DNA of 64,000 nucleotides, taken from contig JAQFVV010000001.1 of the NCBI GenBank assembly GCA_028023455.1, positions 23,870,001-23,934,000 on the forward strand, in the 5' to 3' direction. The notes beneath the pieces are model-generated. The model had not been told where the DNA came from and searched no databases. It worked only from the letters and a program-made list of their open reading frames with translations. The DNA is from Epiperipatus broadwayi. Taxonomy: Eukaryota; Animalia; Onychophora. The translations under genes and the position numbers were made by a program. This document shows positions 41,481 through 54,245 of this stretch, piece after piece (the first letter of the stretch is position 1; each line of letters starts with the position of its first letter).

Positions 41481-43163
41481 AAAGTACTCAGACTTTTATT
41501 TCTTATCAACTAAAATTGGAATAGACATGCAATTCATCAAACTTTTCGCTGAACTTTTTCAGAAATGATTGATGTACCATCCTTATCCAATACCTTGCTT
41601 AGACTTTGGTCAAAAAAAAAATGAATATTACTGTTGGGTAACATATATCTGCATTTTTCTTTATATGTTTATTCTTTTGCTGCTTAGTCACAGTAACATT
41701 TTATTATTTGTAAGCAATCATTTTGTAGTAATCACTTGATTTATCTAACAAAATAAGATCTTTGTCACAACATGCAAGATAAAATTATTAATATTCTACA
41801 TTGGACTAAATATAAACCTTATTTTAGCTCCACCATGTATTAATTTTGAACGATTTACTGCCTGATGATTATTTAGACTTATTTATCTCTACTTCTTCCC
41901 TTTATTCATAATATAAACACCCGCAAGGAATATTTTCTTGTGGATTTCCTTATAAAAACAAAAGCTATCAATAGCTCTACTTTTTGATATTTTACACTAG
42001 CGAATTGTCCTAGGTAAGTCATATATCATTTAAGTGGAAATTTTATAATGACCGTAATGAAACTTAATTTAAAAAAATATATCTATTAAAATGTATAATT
42101 TCTGATGAAATAATTTTTAAAAATGTTGAAACTTCGGTATTTTATCTTTTTGATAACATAAACTATATGATTTTACGATAACACTAATTGATTTTATTTT
42201 CCAAAATCCAATATGGCTGCTGTTTCATTGAAACTATTAAATTGCATTTTTTGATGCTGATTTAATATATGCTTACCACCATTTTGGTTTCTAAGGGGAG
42301 CCCCAAACACACTGCAGACACATTCAAGCAATAAATAGTCGAAAAACCACACTGCAGGCCAATAGTGTTTCAATTATTTTGACCATCTGTTACAAAATCA
42401 CAAGTAATTAAAACATAAATGTGCAAATTTTGTACAACTATGCTCAATCAAATCTCATGATTAAAAGATAAATAAAACCGCATAAAATCAAACTAAGCTA
42501 ACATAATGTAATATAATTAACAACCAAAAAGAAATCCCAATGCATTTTATTACAATTAATATATGATGGTAACTATGTGTTGAATAAATATAAAAACAAG
42601 GTCGGGAAAAAAAATTGCTTAAACTAAAGCAAATTAATTTTATAATCAATAAAAAATAAATTGGATTTTTTTCTTATCAGAAAGGGACTAATGTTGTGTA
42701 GTTCCTTTTTCATATCTAATTACAAAAAAGAAATGGAAATAAAAAGAGTGATATTCTCATTTGAACTCATGATGTGGATATCAAATCAGCAGAGTTCATA
42801 CTTGATCACGTGAGGGCTTTATGGTCTCTTCAAATTTAAACAAATCTAAACAGCTATTTATAATTTCTTATCTATTAATATTTTTACAGTCAACAAATGA
42901 ACACAGAAACATATTCAAAAAAATATTTAGAATTATTACAAATTCAAGTATTTTTAATTAAACCATTCAAGGAGAGTAGTACCAGAGGAGGTCCATACAC
43001 CAGCACTATGTTGAAAAATATACAAAATAAAAATAGTAAGAAGTATTTGAAAAAAAAAAACCCTTAAAATTATTTCAAAGGTAAGATACTGATTTTGAAA
43101 TAAAAAATAAACACTATTTCACTGTTAGTACATAGCATCTTTGAAAAATTTTATGAATAAATC

Positions 43164-43660
43164 TCACTCACTCAAGATTTGTTTGACGATCCTCCAGCAA
43201 ATAGAATCTATGTGGGATTGGAGTAGATCCAGTGACATGTCTAAATTTTTATTTTTGCTTCTAGACAGTTTTCTATTGATTGTGTATGAGCACCCGTCAC
43301 TGGATGTATGTAGCTTAGCTGGTAGCGGATAATATTTCAACTCCCCTCTCATTTAGGTCTGAGTAAGTGGGTTACTCATCTGAATAAATGAGAACCAGCC
43401 ACACACTCCCTTTCAATAATGGGAATTAACTTAGCTGTATTTGCAAGTGCCATTAAAAAGTAGCAACAGGTCAGGCTCTTTAAATCCAAAAACCCAAAGT
43501 CTGTCAATTCAGGCCCCATGGTTATTAACTGGGGTTACAATACAATCACTACCAGTAAATGGAATGATCGCCGCTGAGCAATCTTCCTCTATTGTATTTT
43601 CAACAGCCAGCAAAACTGGCTTCATCAATTTGTATTATTTCTTATTTAATCCTGACCAAC
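43164..43660 (-). pseudogene. Helitron/PIF1-type helicase C-terminal relic
   Basis: LFNGTCK (resembles LCNGTR) lies upstream of KYYPLPAKL...YTINRK...LDMSLDL...CWRIV (resembles RxQFPxxLAFAMTINKSQG...GLDL...YVAxSRV). Confidence 0.4.
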
Positions 43661-45470
43661 TGTCCCCTTAACAAAATATAGCTTGCCAACAAACTTCTAT
43701 AAAAATTAAGCCAGTCCATTAGTGTTGCCAAAAACTTTCTGCATCACTGTTTTAATGAGCTGCTAGCATCCATGTAGTAAAAAAAAAAAAGATTTCCTGT
43801 CCAAACAGAACCAGAAATCTGACACCCACAATAGTGCAAAGTAGGAACCCAGTCACCATTGTTCTTTTGCTTTTCAACCATGCTTTCACCACACTTTATG
43901 CATGACTTTCTCCTCTCTTCATTGTTGAGATTGTGCTTTATTAAAACATTAACAGCTTGGATCTTGATAGTGACAACATCAAAATAAAATGATTTCAATG
44001 CTATAATAATAATTGATGCAGGATGGTCTTAGATAAAATTAGTCTTACAAGAAGTTATTTCTTTAGTTTTAGGAGAAATTAATCTCACAAGTTACTTTTC
44101 CTTCTAACATTTTGGATCAAAATTTGTCTTTTATAGACATTTTCAAATCCTATGATCACGTTACACTGCTAACTTTTTCTCATTTCCATCCTTTTCTTTG
44201 TAACCACATGTGAGAAATGAAGCATCCAACATTATTAGATTATTAATCGTATTATTTTTTCATTAATTGTAAAATTAATACGCTTTAGTTTAGTAAAACA
44301 AATCACACAATTGTGAAAGTCTCAAATTATATTCATAAAATTTAGAATTACTGAAATCTAAATTTGCATATTTATTCCATAAGTATGAAAGATGGCTTTA
44401 TTAGAAAAAACACAACTTATTCTTCAGATTTATTCTAGCATATGATTGAAAATTTTTTAAGCAATTCTGTCACATGTTTACAATTTTCCAGTATGAATAT
44501 TGTTTCTCCTACACATATATTGCTGGTCTTGGTGGTGGTAATCTGTTACAAGTTTTATCTTTCAAAGAACTTGTTTACTTCATTTTGTTTCAATAAATCT
44601 CTTAACACATTATTTTTATAGGGACCTTTGGTGAATGAAAGGCAACCACATATTCATAATATATTATGGTACAAATGCTACAAGTTGTATAGATAATGTA
44701 TGTACACACAGTGTAACAATGCCATATCAACAGACATATTTATATAATTTTACATTGTGCAATTTAAAATAAACTGGAAATCTTCATAATACTTTTCTTG
44801 AAACATTCCACATACAGTCAAATCCAGATCCAAATTAGATGGCAGCTTCTAAAAAAAAAAAAAAAAAATCACTAAAATAGTAAAAACAATTTTTAAAATT
44901 CAAATCGAGAATTTTACAGTTTAGCAATCTACATTGTTTTTTCATGTCATTTCAAATTACCACATGTAAGATCAGTGATATTTTCTTTTTGCACTGCAAT
45001 TAAAAAATATTATTTTTATGGTTTTGAATCATGTATATTAAATAGATATATATTTCTATATTTTTTCCTTTGGGGTGGGAAACCCCCGGCCTGTGGACCA
45101 ACTCAAACCCTCGGAAATTCTGTCAGGCCCATGGACACTTTCAAAAATATAAAATGGCACTGTATAAAACTTCAACTTAAACATGCTCTTGGTGCAGATA
45201 TTGAATTAAATTAGGAGTTAAATAAAATAAAATATTTACTTTCTTAACTACATCTTTTTGCATCAAAGGCATTACACCAATAAATGAGGACATTATGTTT
45301 TTAGTGATTTTCAAATATATACTAGCAAAAATAAAATTCAAATTTTATTATTATTTCGCATTTTCTTTGAGTTGACTATATCAAATAAGATAAAAAAAAA
45401 TCCCCAAAGAAAATTGTGCATTTCAAAAGAAATGAATCAACATATTTTATAGAACTAGTAAATTAATGTA

Positions 45471-46506
45471 CACCTGGGTCTCTTTTTACGCGGACTTATT
45501 TAACACGATTTTGAAGTTCCGCGATTCCTGTTTCACCGGAAGTTGAACTCCAATAATGCGCTATTACTTTAAATAATAAATTTCGCGCACTTACGTTATA
45601 TTGAAAATAATAGCATATTATTGGAATTCGACTTTCATCTTAATAATTTCAATATTTTCAGTGCTTTATAATAGTTAAGATTTTATGCAATGATGAAATT
45701 AAAATCATGATTTCCACATTTTGTGTATACACATATTAAATTTTATAAGATTATAAGGTAAATTTGTTCAAACATTGTGCGTGTTAATTTTGCATTTTAA
45801 ATCTCATTCTGTTTTTGCTTTTTATAAAAGAACGTAATCAGTGGGCACGATTAAATTTGACAATTAAAAATTAAAATCTGACTTTTAATTGTAATTAACA
45901 ATTTAAAAATTACTTGGCGACTTGAAATTAATGTGATGTGAAATTTGATTTTTAAACGGAATTGAAAATTAAAAAATTAAAGACAAAAATAAGAATTTAA
46001 TTTTTAGTTGTTAGTTTCATAAACAATTAATAAAATCATCATCTCAAAGATTAATTACTAATTACGTTGTCACCAGAAAACCATTGACACAACATGAGTG
46101 TGAAATTGGCGCTAGTTATATTTCCTCAGTTTGCAAACGGACGTGTTTTTTGGGCAAATAACGATAATAATTAAAACATGTATAAAAAAATGTAAATTAC
46201 TGTACTGTAAATTATGCATAAAAATATATTATTTTGAATAAAATTACATATTATAGTTAAAAAAAGTTTGTCTTGTATCAATTTTTTTTCAAATTTGAAA
46301 ATTTTATTACTCATATTTTATTTCCTTATTTTTTTTTTGCGCGAATTTTGAAGTAATTTTACATTGGTGCTTTGCTTTTACGCGAATTTTGAAAAATCAC
46401 AGACCGATCCCCCCCTTTTCAATGTAAGTTACATCTATTTTTGCGCGATTTCGTTTGCGCGTGTTTTCTGAGGAACCTATCTATCGCGTAAAACAAGACC
46501 CAGGTG
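45471..46506. mobile_element. Non-autonomous Tc1/mariner (pogo/Tigger-like) element
   Basis: Structure is TA|CACCTGGGTCtctttttacgcg ... cgcgtaaaacaaGACCCAGGTG|TA: ~24-bp TIRs flanked by TA at 45469-45470 and 46507-46508, with repeated subterminal ttttacgcgaattttg motifs. Confidence 0.85.
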
Positions 46507-48299
46507 TACTTGATACACATCTAAGTATTTCGGTTAATAAAAAACCCAATATTAAGAGGCACTATTTATCAAAACATTCTGATTACAACAAAATTGTTGG
46601 GGAAGGAAGAAATATAAAAATAGAAAACAATTCAATAGACAACATCTAAATAATTGAAGGCAATAAATCCAAAAAGTTTGTCTCCAGGGGAAAAAATATA
46701 AAAATTAAACAGGTAAAAAATATTTTGAGAATGAGACTAAATATAAGTCCATAAAAACTTAAATATTAAAAAGCAATCAGTCTAACTGGAACTTATTATT
46801 AATCTCATATATTGAATTCCAAGTGTTACAAACATTTAGAAATAATCAGGATTCATCTTTTGTTTCGAAATTTTCCAACATATTCGATCTGGATCTGATG
46901 GGAAAAATTCACAACAAATGTTTCATTTTCTTTAAAATTTCACACTTAATCCCAAACTCAAAATGTTTAATGTTATAACATTATCCAATGGTACAATATG
47001 AAAATAATCAAGCTTACAGTATAATCTAGCTCCAATATGAATGTTTCTTTTTGCTATATATGCTATTTATTATCTCTAATTTTGTGAAATTTTATATGGA
47101 TTTTCATTTGATCTACAATAAAACTTTTATTTATCTCTTATGATTTAGTTTCAAGATGTTTTTTGACAAAAATAAAACTAGATTTATGTAAATTTTTGTC
47201 AATAATTTCTATAGATATCTGCACCTTTTTATTAATTGCTGCCAATTACTTTTTATGATTTGTTTAACTTTTGTGTTAGTGGGCTCACAGATTTTGTAAT
47301 ATTTATAAACTGCATTTACCCTTCCAAAATACATAAATCATATTTATTGAAAATATTTATTTTTCAATCACTGTTGGTTAAATACATTATTTTTAGATTT
47401 TTAAAATAAATTATTTTCTATATTTTCAAACATTTATTACCTTCGTGTTTTTCTTTTTTGTTTTGCTATCATCTCTATAAAAATTTCTTATATATGTCTG
47501 CCATGATCACTTATTGAAAAATATTTGTTTTTCAATTATTTTTCATTAAATATATTATTTTCCCAATAAATAATACTATTTTCATGTTTTCAACAATACT
47601 ATATTCGTTTTTTCCTTGCTGGTTAGGCATGTAGATGGCAGTTTTCAATGAATTGGGGATACAATCAACCAAAAGTATATATATATATATATTGTGACCT
47701 GAATAGGCACAAGAAACAAATTTTAAGTAGATAGCACTATATCAGTAATAACTGTGTTTGGCTAAAAAGAGTGAAAACATGGAATTTTCAAATTTTTTTT
47801 TACTAATAATCATAACTTCGTTTAGAAAGTTACTTACAGATATTATTTAAAAGTTTTAAGACATTAGTATTTATTTGACGAGTATTTAATGATAGAAAGG
47901 GGGGTCACGGAAACCTAGTGCATAAGTTGAATTGATACAGATTTGTCTGTAAGACAGTGATTGGTATTTGGTTAGTGATTTTCTGGTTTATTTGCTCATT
48001 GATACTCCAAGTCCATAGCATAGTTAGTCAACTATCTGACTCACGGTCATATAGGCATCTACTTTGATAAGATTGGTTTAGTATTCGTTAGTGCACGTGT
48101 GTCATCTTCCAACTTCATCTTTCACTCATGTATTTGGTTATGATACAGAATATTATGTCCTACAATGAAATATTTAAATTTATAATATCTTTGATAACCA
48201 ATTTAAACACATTTTAAGTGATTAATGGGTAGATGAATCGGTGAATTGTTGGACAAAACAAATACACTATCAACTACTTTATTTGCTAAATAATTGTTT

Positions 48300-50900
48300 T
48301 ATTTAAGAGTGTATTTATTTATTTTTATTGATTCAATTTAATATTTAGATGACAGAATGACTTTTTTTCTTCTTTTCAAGAGAGAAAAAGTTATTGAATA
48401 TTTCCAGCTAATTATCTCAATACAAAGAATGGGATTAACCTTCTTGAAGTTGACTTTTGGGGGGAGTAACCTTTTGATTGGTAAAAGAAATGGATCTAAA
48501 CAATAATCGGTAATAAAAAGAAAAATAATATATAAGAAAGTAGTCTGCTTTATTAGTCCTTTCTCTCTCACGTTCTTCCAAAATCAAGCAGTTAATATTC
48601 AATTTATATTCAAAAGTACTTTTCTTTAAGTATTATTTTCTTATATGAAACTAGTTAAAAAAAACTCTTTGGAATATAAAAAAAAAGATGAGAATGTAAT
48701 CAACTTCAAACAAGATATATCTTCCTATGTTTTCAATTAACTAGCTTTAAATTTAATATCATCCTTTAAAATGCATATGTGAATCTATAACTCAAGTTTA
48801 ACTTGTCTAATCTTAATCTTTAGTATTAATGAAAAAAAATTGAATTATATGAATTTTGCTATTTTATGGGAAAAGTGATGAAACTTTTTAACAAAATATT
48901 TCATAAACTCTAATAGATTAAAAAATTCTTTTGACAATAGAAAAGTAAAATCAAATGGAAGAATGTGTCTAACTTAGTGTAATATGCCCTAATTATTATT
49001 ATTGGATGAGAATTATACCTAACGATTCATGTCTTATAGGATTAAGGAATTGAATGAGTTGCTTATATAAAACTAATTGATAGCTAATCTCTATTAACGT
49101 GAGTGAAAGAGTGTGAATATTAAATGTGTACATTTTTCTCATTGTTCTCCTTGTTTATATTTAACCTATCACTAAAATGTATTGTCATTTAAGGAATTAT
49201 GTAGAATTAAGTGAATATCATAAAGTAATTAACTATTTGCCTAATGGATGGCCTTTGAAATTCCTTGATAAATGTAATTGTAGTCAATGTCGACTGGTGG
49301 AAAATTAAGGTTCCCTTTTGAAATTTGCAAGACTGATAGCAGAGTACCAGTTAATTAAACGGTAAAATATTATTAGAAATGTGTAGCAGTAAACGTAATG
49401 TCATTATGAAAAGAAAATGTTGAATACTTCGCATGCTATATCGTCAGCAATTTCAATTAGATATTTGCTAAGAACTTTGGAAGCTGCTCTTCGATTGGAT
49501 CCAAAAATGCGGTCTGTCCTGCGAGAATTTGTCTATATATCTACTAACATCTATTCATTTTACTATTATCATCATCTACGTATATTTCTAAGAGGCGTTA
49601 TTTACAGACTGTACAAACTTTTATTTTCCAGCTAAAGAAGATTTAATCATTTCTTTAGTTGTTAGTGCATGGTAGATCAATTTATTTGTCTTTATTTTCT
49701 TTTGATCCAAGGTCGTCTTGGATTCGTATAATATGAAAATATACAGGGTAATTGTTATTTTGATGTGATTTTTTTTATATAGATATATTCTATACGCTTA
49801 TGTTAGCAGTAGAAATATTTATTTGCTATTATGAAGCTAGCACCTAATTTAAAAGGGGTAAATGCATAAAAAGTATTGTCTTATCTTTGCGCTGTCAGAG
49901 AATGAGGTCTATTTAACGGTAATTATTATACTTCAAAATTTAAAACATTTATAGCTTGTCATAAATTAAAATTTAATTTTGATTTATTAATATTAAATAC
50001 ACAAAAGTGTTGTTTTATCTTTGCATTGTTAGAGATGATGAAGTCTGTTTGATAATGATTATTATATCTCAAAATTTGAAGCATTTATAATTCGTCATGA
50101 ATTAGATTAATTTTCGATTTATGAGTTAATGTTGGTATATCTACGTACTGAATATGATTTGAAATTATTTTGTGCGTTGTTATGCATGTGTATGCCTGTT
50201 TTATGCGATTCATTAATATAATTGTTAAATTTAATCGCTTGACTTGTTTTTCCAGTCGGTTTCGGATTTATCTAAGAATGAATTTATTTTTTTTAATGTT
50301 TAGAACGAAATGTGTTAAGTAGCTATGAGGAAAGAAATCGTTAAAGATATATATTGTCAGGGATTGAGAGACCTCTCCCTTAGTTTATTTAAACACTTAT
50401 CATGAATGGATTATATTCCCTAGATTAAGAATTTGGGCATTATGATGATTATATTATATGAAGTAAAGCAGTGTATTTTCCTTGTTTTCGGTGATGAGAC
50501 AGAGTCCACACCAATATTGAACTTCTGAATAAGGTTAGGGAGTCACTGTATTTTGTCGTTTAGACTATTAGAATTAAGGTCTCCTTGTTCCTCATGTGTC
50601 CATTTTGGAATGTTTTCCCGTCGTATATTCATAGATATATATGTAATGTAGTTTGCTAATAAAAATAAAACGTAGGATTAATTTCTTTTAAGGAACATCT
50701 AAAGCAGAAGTAGTGCTAAAGTCGTTGGTTGGTCTATGGCATCATCCGTATTATGATAGTTTGTCTTAATTTCATAAGCAAACCGATGGGATGTGGCTGT
50801 GTTAATTATATATAACAGGTGGCTTAATATAGAAGCACGCACGAAATACTATTGATTCTGAAGATATGGAAGAGATCTATCACTGGATTTGTAAGTCTTG
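48300..50900 (-). mobile_element. Degraded LINE ORF2 (AP endonuclease plus RT; CR1/L2-like)
   Basis: In minus-strand order: GDLNS (about 50570-50584), KVLSKYLIEIADDIACEVFNIF, W..A...FK and NFPPV (resembles NYRPI), LKDDIK (resembles YADD), EKGLI (resembles EKDLGV) and VNPIL....SW (resembles VRPILEY...W). Confidence 0.55.
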
Positions 50901-51217
50901 GGTAAATATTTCAAATCATATTAATTTATTTTAAATCAAATCCTCAGAATGATTCATCCTCATCTTGAATGAGTAAACAGAAAAAGAAAATGTAGTTAGT
51001 TAATGAAATTGTTTAACTGACTTATAAAGGATAGTGTGACCTCTAACTCACATTTAGATCCATATTGCATTATTTAATTACCCCAGTGTTGGTTTGGTTG
51101 ACACAGAATATTAGAATTAGCTGATGACACGTATATAGGTGAAGCAAAAGTATAAAGATGGGTAATCATCTGAAATCCGGGCAAGGCCGCTTGGGGCATT
51201 GATGCTATACAAAAATC

Positions 51218-51927
51218 AATCAAATCTAACAGAGCAAAACTCTCCATACAGTATTGCTACCTGTGCTAAACAGAGTAATCAATGGATACCAGAAGGCTTG
51301 TGCATAAAATCCCTATCCAATGCCTACTCACCCAATATCCCCAGACTAGTTTCTGGCTTGTGGCCTTCGTCAGTGAGGAGCTTTGGATCTGAGAGCACTG
51401 CATCTAGATCTTAGGATCTAATGCAACCCTCTAGCAACCACCTTTTATCTCTACTTAACTACAAAACTATGAGAATGATATTGAAAACACAAAAAATATT
51501 TTCAATCTAAGCTCAATAGCTTATATAGTCATATGGGTCTGAACTCAGTTCAGCACCCATACACTTTGGTGTCTTTGGCTCTTTTACAACCATAGCCACC
51601 ACTATCCTATTAGGCAGGATTGGTGTTAAACCATCAAGCATCACATTTCCTATACTAGCACATTAATTGTTGATAAACAGAGCAAAACTCTCCATACAGT
51701 ATTGCCACCTGTGCTAAAAAGAGTAATCAATGGATGCCAGAAACTAGTCTGGGGATATTGGATGAGTAGGCATTGGATAGGGATTTTATGCACAAGCCTT
51801 CTGGCATCCATTGATTACTCTGTTTAGCACAGGTGGCAATACTGTATGGAGAGTTTTGCTCTGTTTATCAACAATTAATGTGCTAGTATAGAAAATATGA
51901 TGCTTGATGGTTTAATCAAATATAACA
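51218..51927 (-). mobile_element. Hammerhead-containing 448-bp-period repeat, copy 2, with partial tandem copy and inversion
   Basis: agagcaaaactctccatacagtattgc occurs at 51231 and again at 51679. Inverted segment 51736-51914. Flanked by aatcaaatctaaca (51218-51231) and aatcaaatataaca (51914-51927), a possible TSD. Confidence 0.85.
51338..51379 (-). ncRNA. Minimal type I hammerhead ribozyme motif, apparently intact
   Basis: Minus strand: UCCUCA-CUGACGA-A-GGC-CACAA-GCC-A-GAAA-CUAG-UC|UGGGGA. Stem I is UCCUCA/UGGGGA, the core is CUGANGA...GAAA, stem II is GGC/GCC, a palindromic CUAG loop replaces helix III, and the cleavage triplet is GUC. Confidence 0.72.
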
Positions 51928-54050
51928 TTACCGGGCCGCCGCCGCAACCTTTTTTTTTTTTTGTTTATACAAACTTATTTCATTTACAACATGATTTCTT
52001 TTTTATTAAATAAATTTTTATATTCATTTTTGTTATTTTTTTTTAAACCTGATATTTTTATTTATCCAACAAATTTTGGTCATTTAATTTTTTGAATTTT
52101 AATTAAAACTTTGGACTGTTTCATGCCGAAAAAAGTTGTTTTAACCACGCTGAAAAAATATAATGGGATAATTATTTTGGATTTGTTCACTTTGTTCTAC
52201 CCTTTTTTTTTTTGCTTGACTAAATTGTTTTGAAATCCCCACCCCCACCCTTGGATCAATAATTGTAACATAAAGTCAATAATTTTACTTTTTTTTAAAC
52301 AACTTGTTTTCACTTTGATGTATATTATGCTTGAATTAGCCTCTTCTTTTTGGCTACTACAATAAACAGCTTTTTGGGGAGATTTCGTACTGTTATTATT
52401 AACAAAAAGTCAACAAAAATAATAAATTATTTTAACAGCGCTGAAAAAAGATAATCAACTTTGGGACTTGTTTAGAATTTTTTTCTTTTTGGTTGATGTA
52501 ATTGTTTTTCTTAATATTAAATCAAAATTTACTTTTGTTTTTGGTGATTAAAAAATTGTTTTCAAACACCCACCCCCACACTCGGAAAAAGAATTGTAAC
52601 AAAAAGTCAATAATTTACATTATTTTTTTTTAAAACAACTTTTTACTTTGATTTATATTTCGTTTGAATTACCTTTTTTTTTTTTTTTGCCTTCTACAAT
52701 AAACTGCTTTTGGGGGTGGGGGGATTTCATAATTTGTTATTATTAACAAAAAGTCAATAAAAATAGTCATTTATTTTAACCCCACTGCAAAAAATATCAT
52801 CCAAATACTTGTCAATTTCTAATGAAATGGAAAAAAAAAGGACACAAACTTTGGACTTTTTAAAGTTATTTATTATTTTATTGCTGTAATAAAGAGTGGA
52901 CATTATGTGCCTGAAAAAAAGGACAAATCTCACATACTTTCTGTACTCGGCAATTCTGAAAAGTTTAAAAATTGCACATTCTTCTCTGACCTTTTAGTGG
53001 TCTCGAATATTTTCCAGGTTGAAACGTGACTTAGCACGTGAGCTTTGTCGAAGCGTGTTCGAACATACACTTTGCCAATTTTTTGCATATTAACATTTTT
53101 TTTAGGAAAGGGTGGGACCATATGACAATTATTAGTAATTGACATTATTTAAATATAAATGACATTCCTCTATCCTCAAGCGATATGGTAATCAGCTATG
53201 AATCAAACAAATGGCATAAAGTTTCGAAGCACAAAACGGGCCGTAATATTTTTGTGCAATGTCATGTATAAGCGGCTAGATATAAATAGGTTAATACAAT
53301 ATTAAATGTTGTATTAGCCGTAAGGCCGGCCGTGGAAACAGCATTTTTATGTGTTTTGTACACATAAACAACACCCCAAGCGGCCTTGCCCGGATTTCAG
53401 ACGATTACCTAAAGATGTTTATTTTAATGTTTAATTACTACAGTGTTAGTTTGTTAATACATATTTAATAAAGCATATTAGAATTAGCATGTAGATGTTT
53501 GAAATAAAAGTACAAAGAAGTTTATTTTTAATGTTTAATTACTCCAATGTGAGTCTGTTCAGTAATGAATATTGGAAGTGACTAATAACATGTATATGTG
53601 TGAAGTATAAAATGTTTATTTTGACTACATAATGTAATGCTTTATTTATTAAAAACTTTGTTCAGAGTTATTCTTTTACATGCATTCGTATTCTTAGTTT
53701 CCATATCTACATATCCAATATGATATAATTGCACTATTTCATGAATTTAATAATAAACATGTTGAAATCTGATATTTTCTCGATCCAAATATCATATGAA
53801 ATGTAATTATTTGATGAACTTCTGGGGAAGTTTATGTACTTAGTTATTATTTAGATAATGATTTGAAGTAAAAAGGTACTCTCTCTCATTGTCTAACTAC
53901 TATTCCATTAGAACAATACTCAATTTTATGTTCGTTACCTTTTATAATAGTAATTGGTAGCTATTATATAGTATGAATTTTTAAATATGTAATAAAATCC
54001 CTAAGATATTCCATTATTGTTTCAAAGTAGATATTAATTTAGTCATTTGA

Positions 54051-54245
54051 TTTAAACTTACCATATAGTAAAAGTTAATTAGTGCTATATCTTTTATTTA
54101 ATTTAAATTTATCATATAGTAAAATTAATTAGTGCTCTATCTTTGTTTCATTTAATTTAAACTCATTATACAGTAAAAGCTGATTAGTGCTATATCTTTG
54201 TTTCATACAATTTAAACTTATTGTACAGTAAAAGTTAATTAGTGC
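54051..54245. repeat. Minisatellite, ~52-bp unit x~4
   Basis: Repeats of tttaaa(c)ttaNNatNNagtaaaa(g)ttaattagtgctNtatcttt. Confidence 0.8.

Larger units (their letters stand above)
51161..53409. mobile_element. Non-autonomous TIR element with 8-bp TSD and GG termini (Merlin-like)
   Basis: 36-bp TIRs GGTAATC(A/G)TCTGAAATCCGGGCAAGGCCGCTTGGGG at 51161-51196 and 53374-53409. Exact flanking duplication TAAAGATG at 51153-51160 and 53410-53417. Internal T-rich duplicated blocks at about 52150-52810. Confidence 0.9.

Noticed and set aside
46700-47000. Possible gag-like CCHC zinc knuckles on the minus strand
   Set aside because: Cysteine and histidine spacing is too degraded to support a call.
51121-51150. 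CTGATGAC...GTGAAG hammerhead-like string
   Set aside because: Lacks GAAA, a cleavage triplet and stem I.
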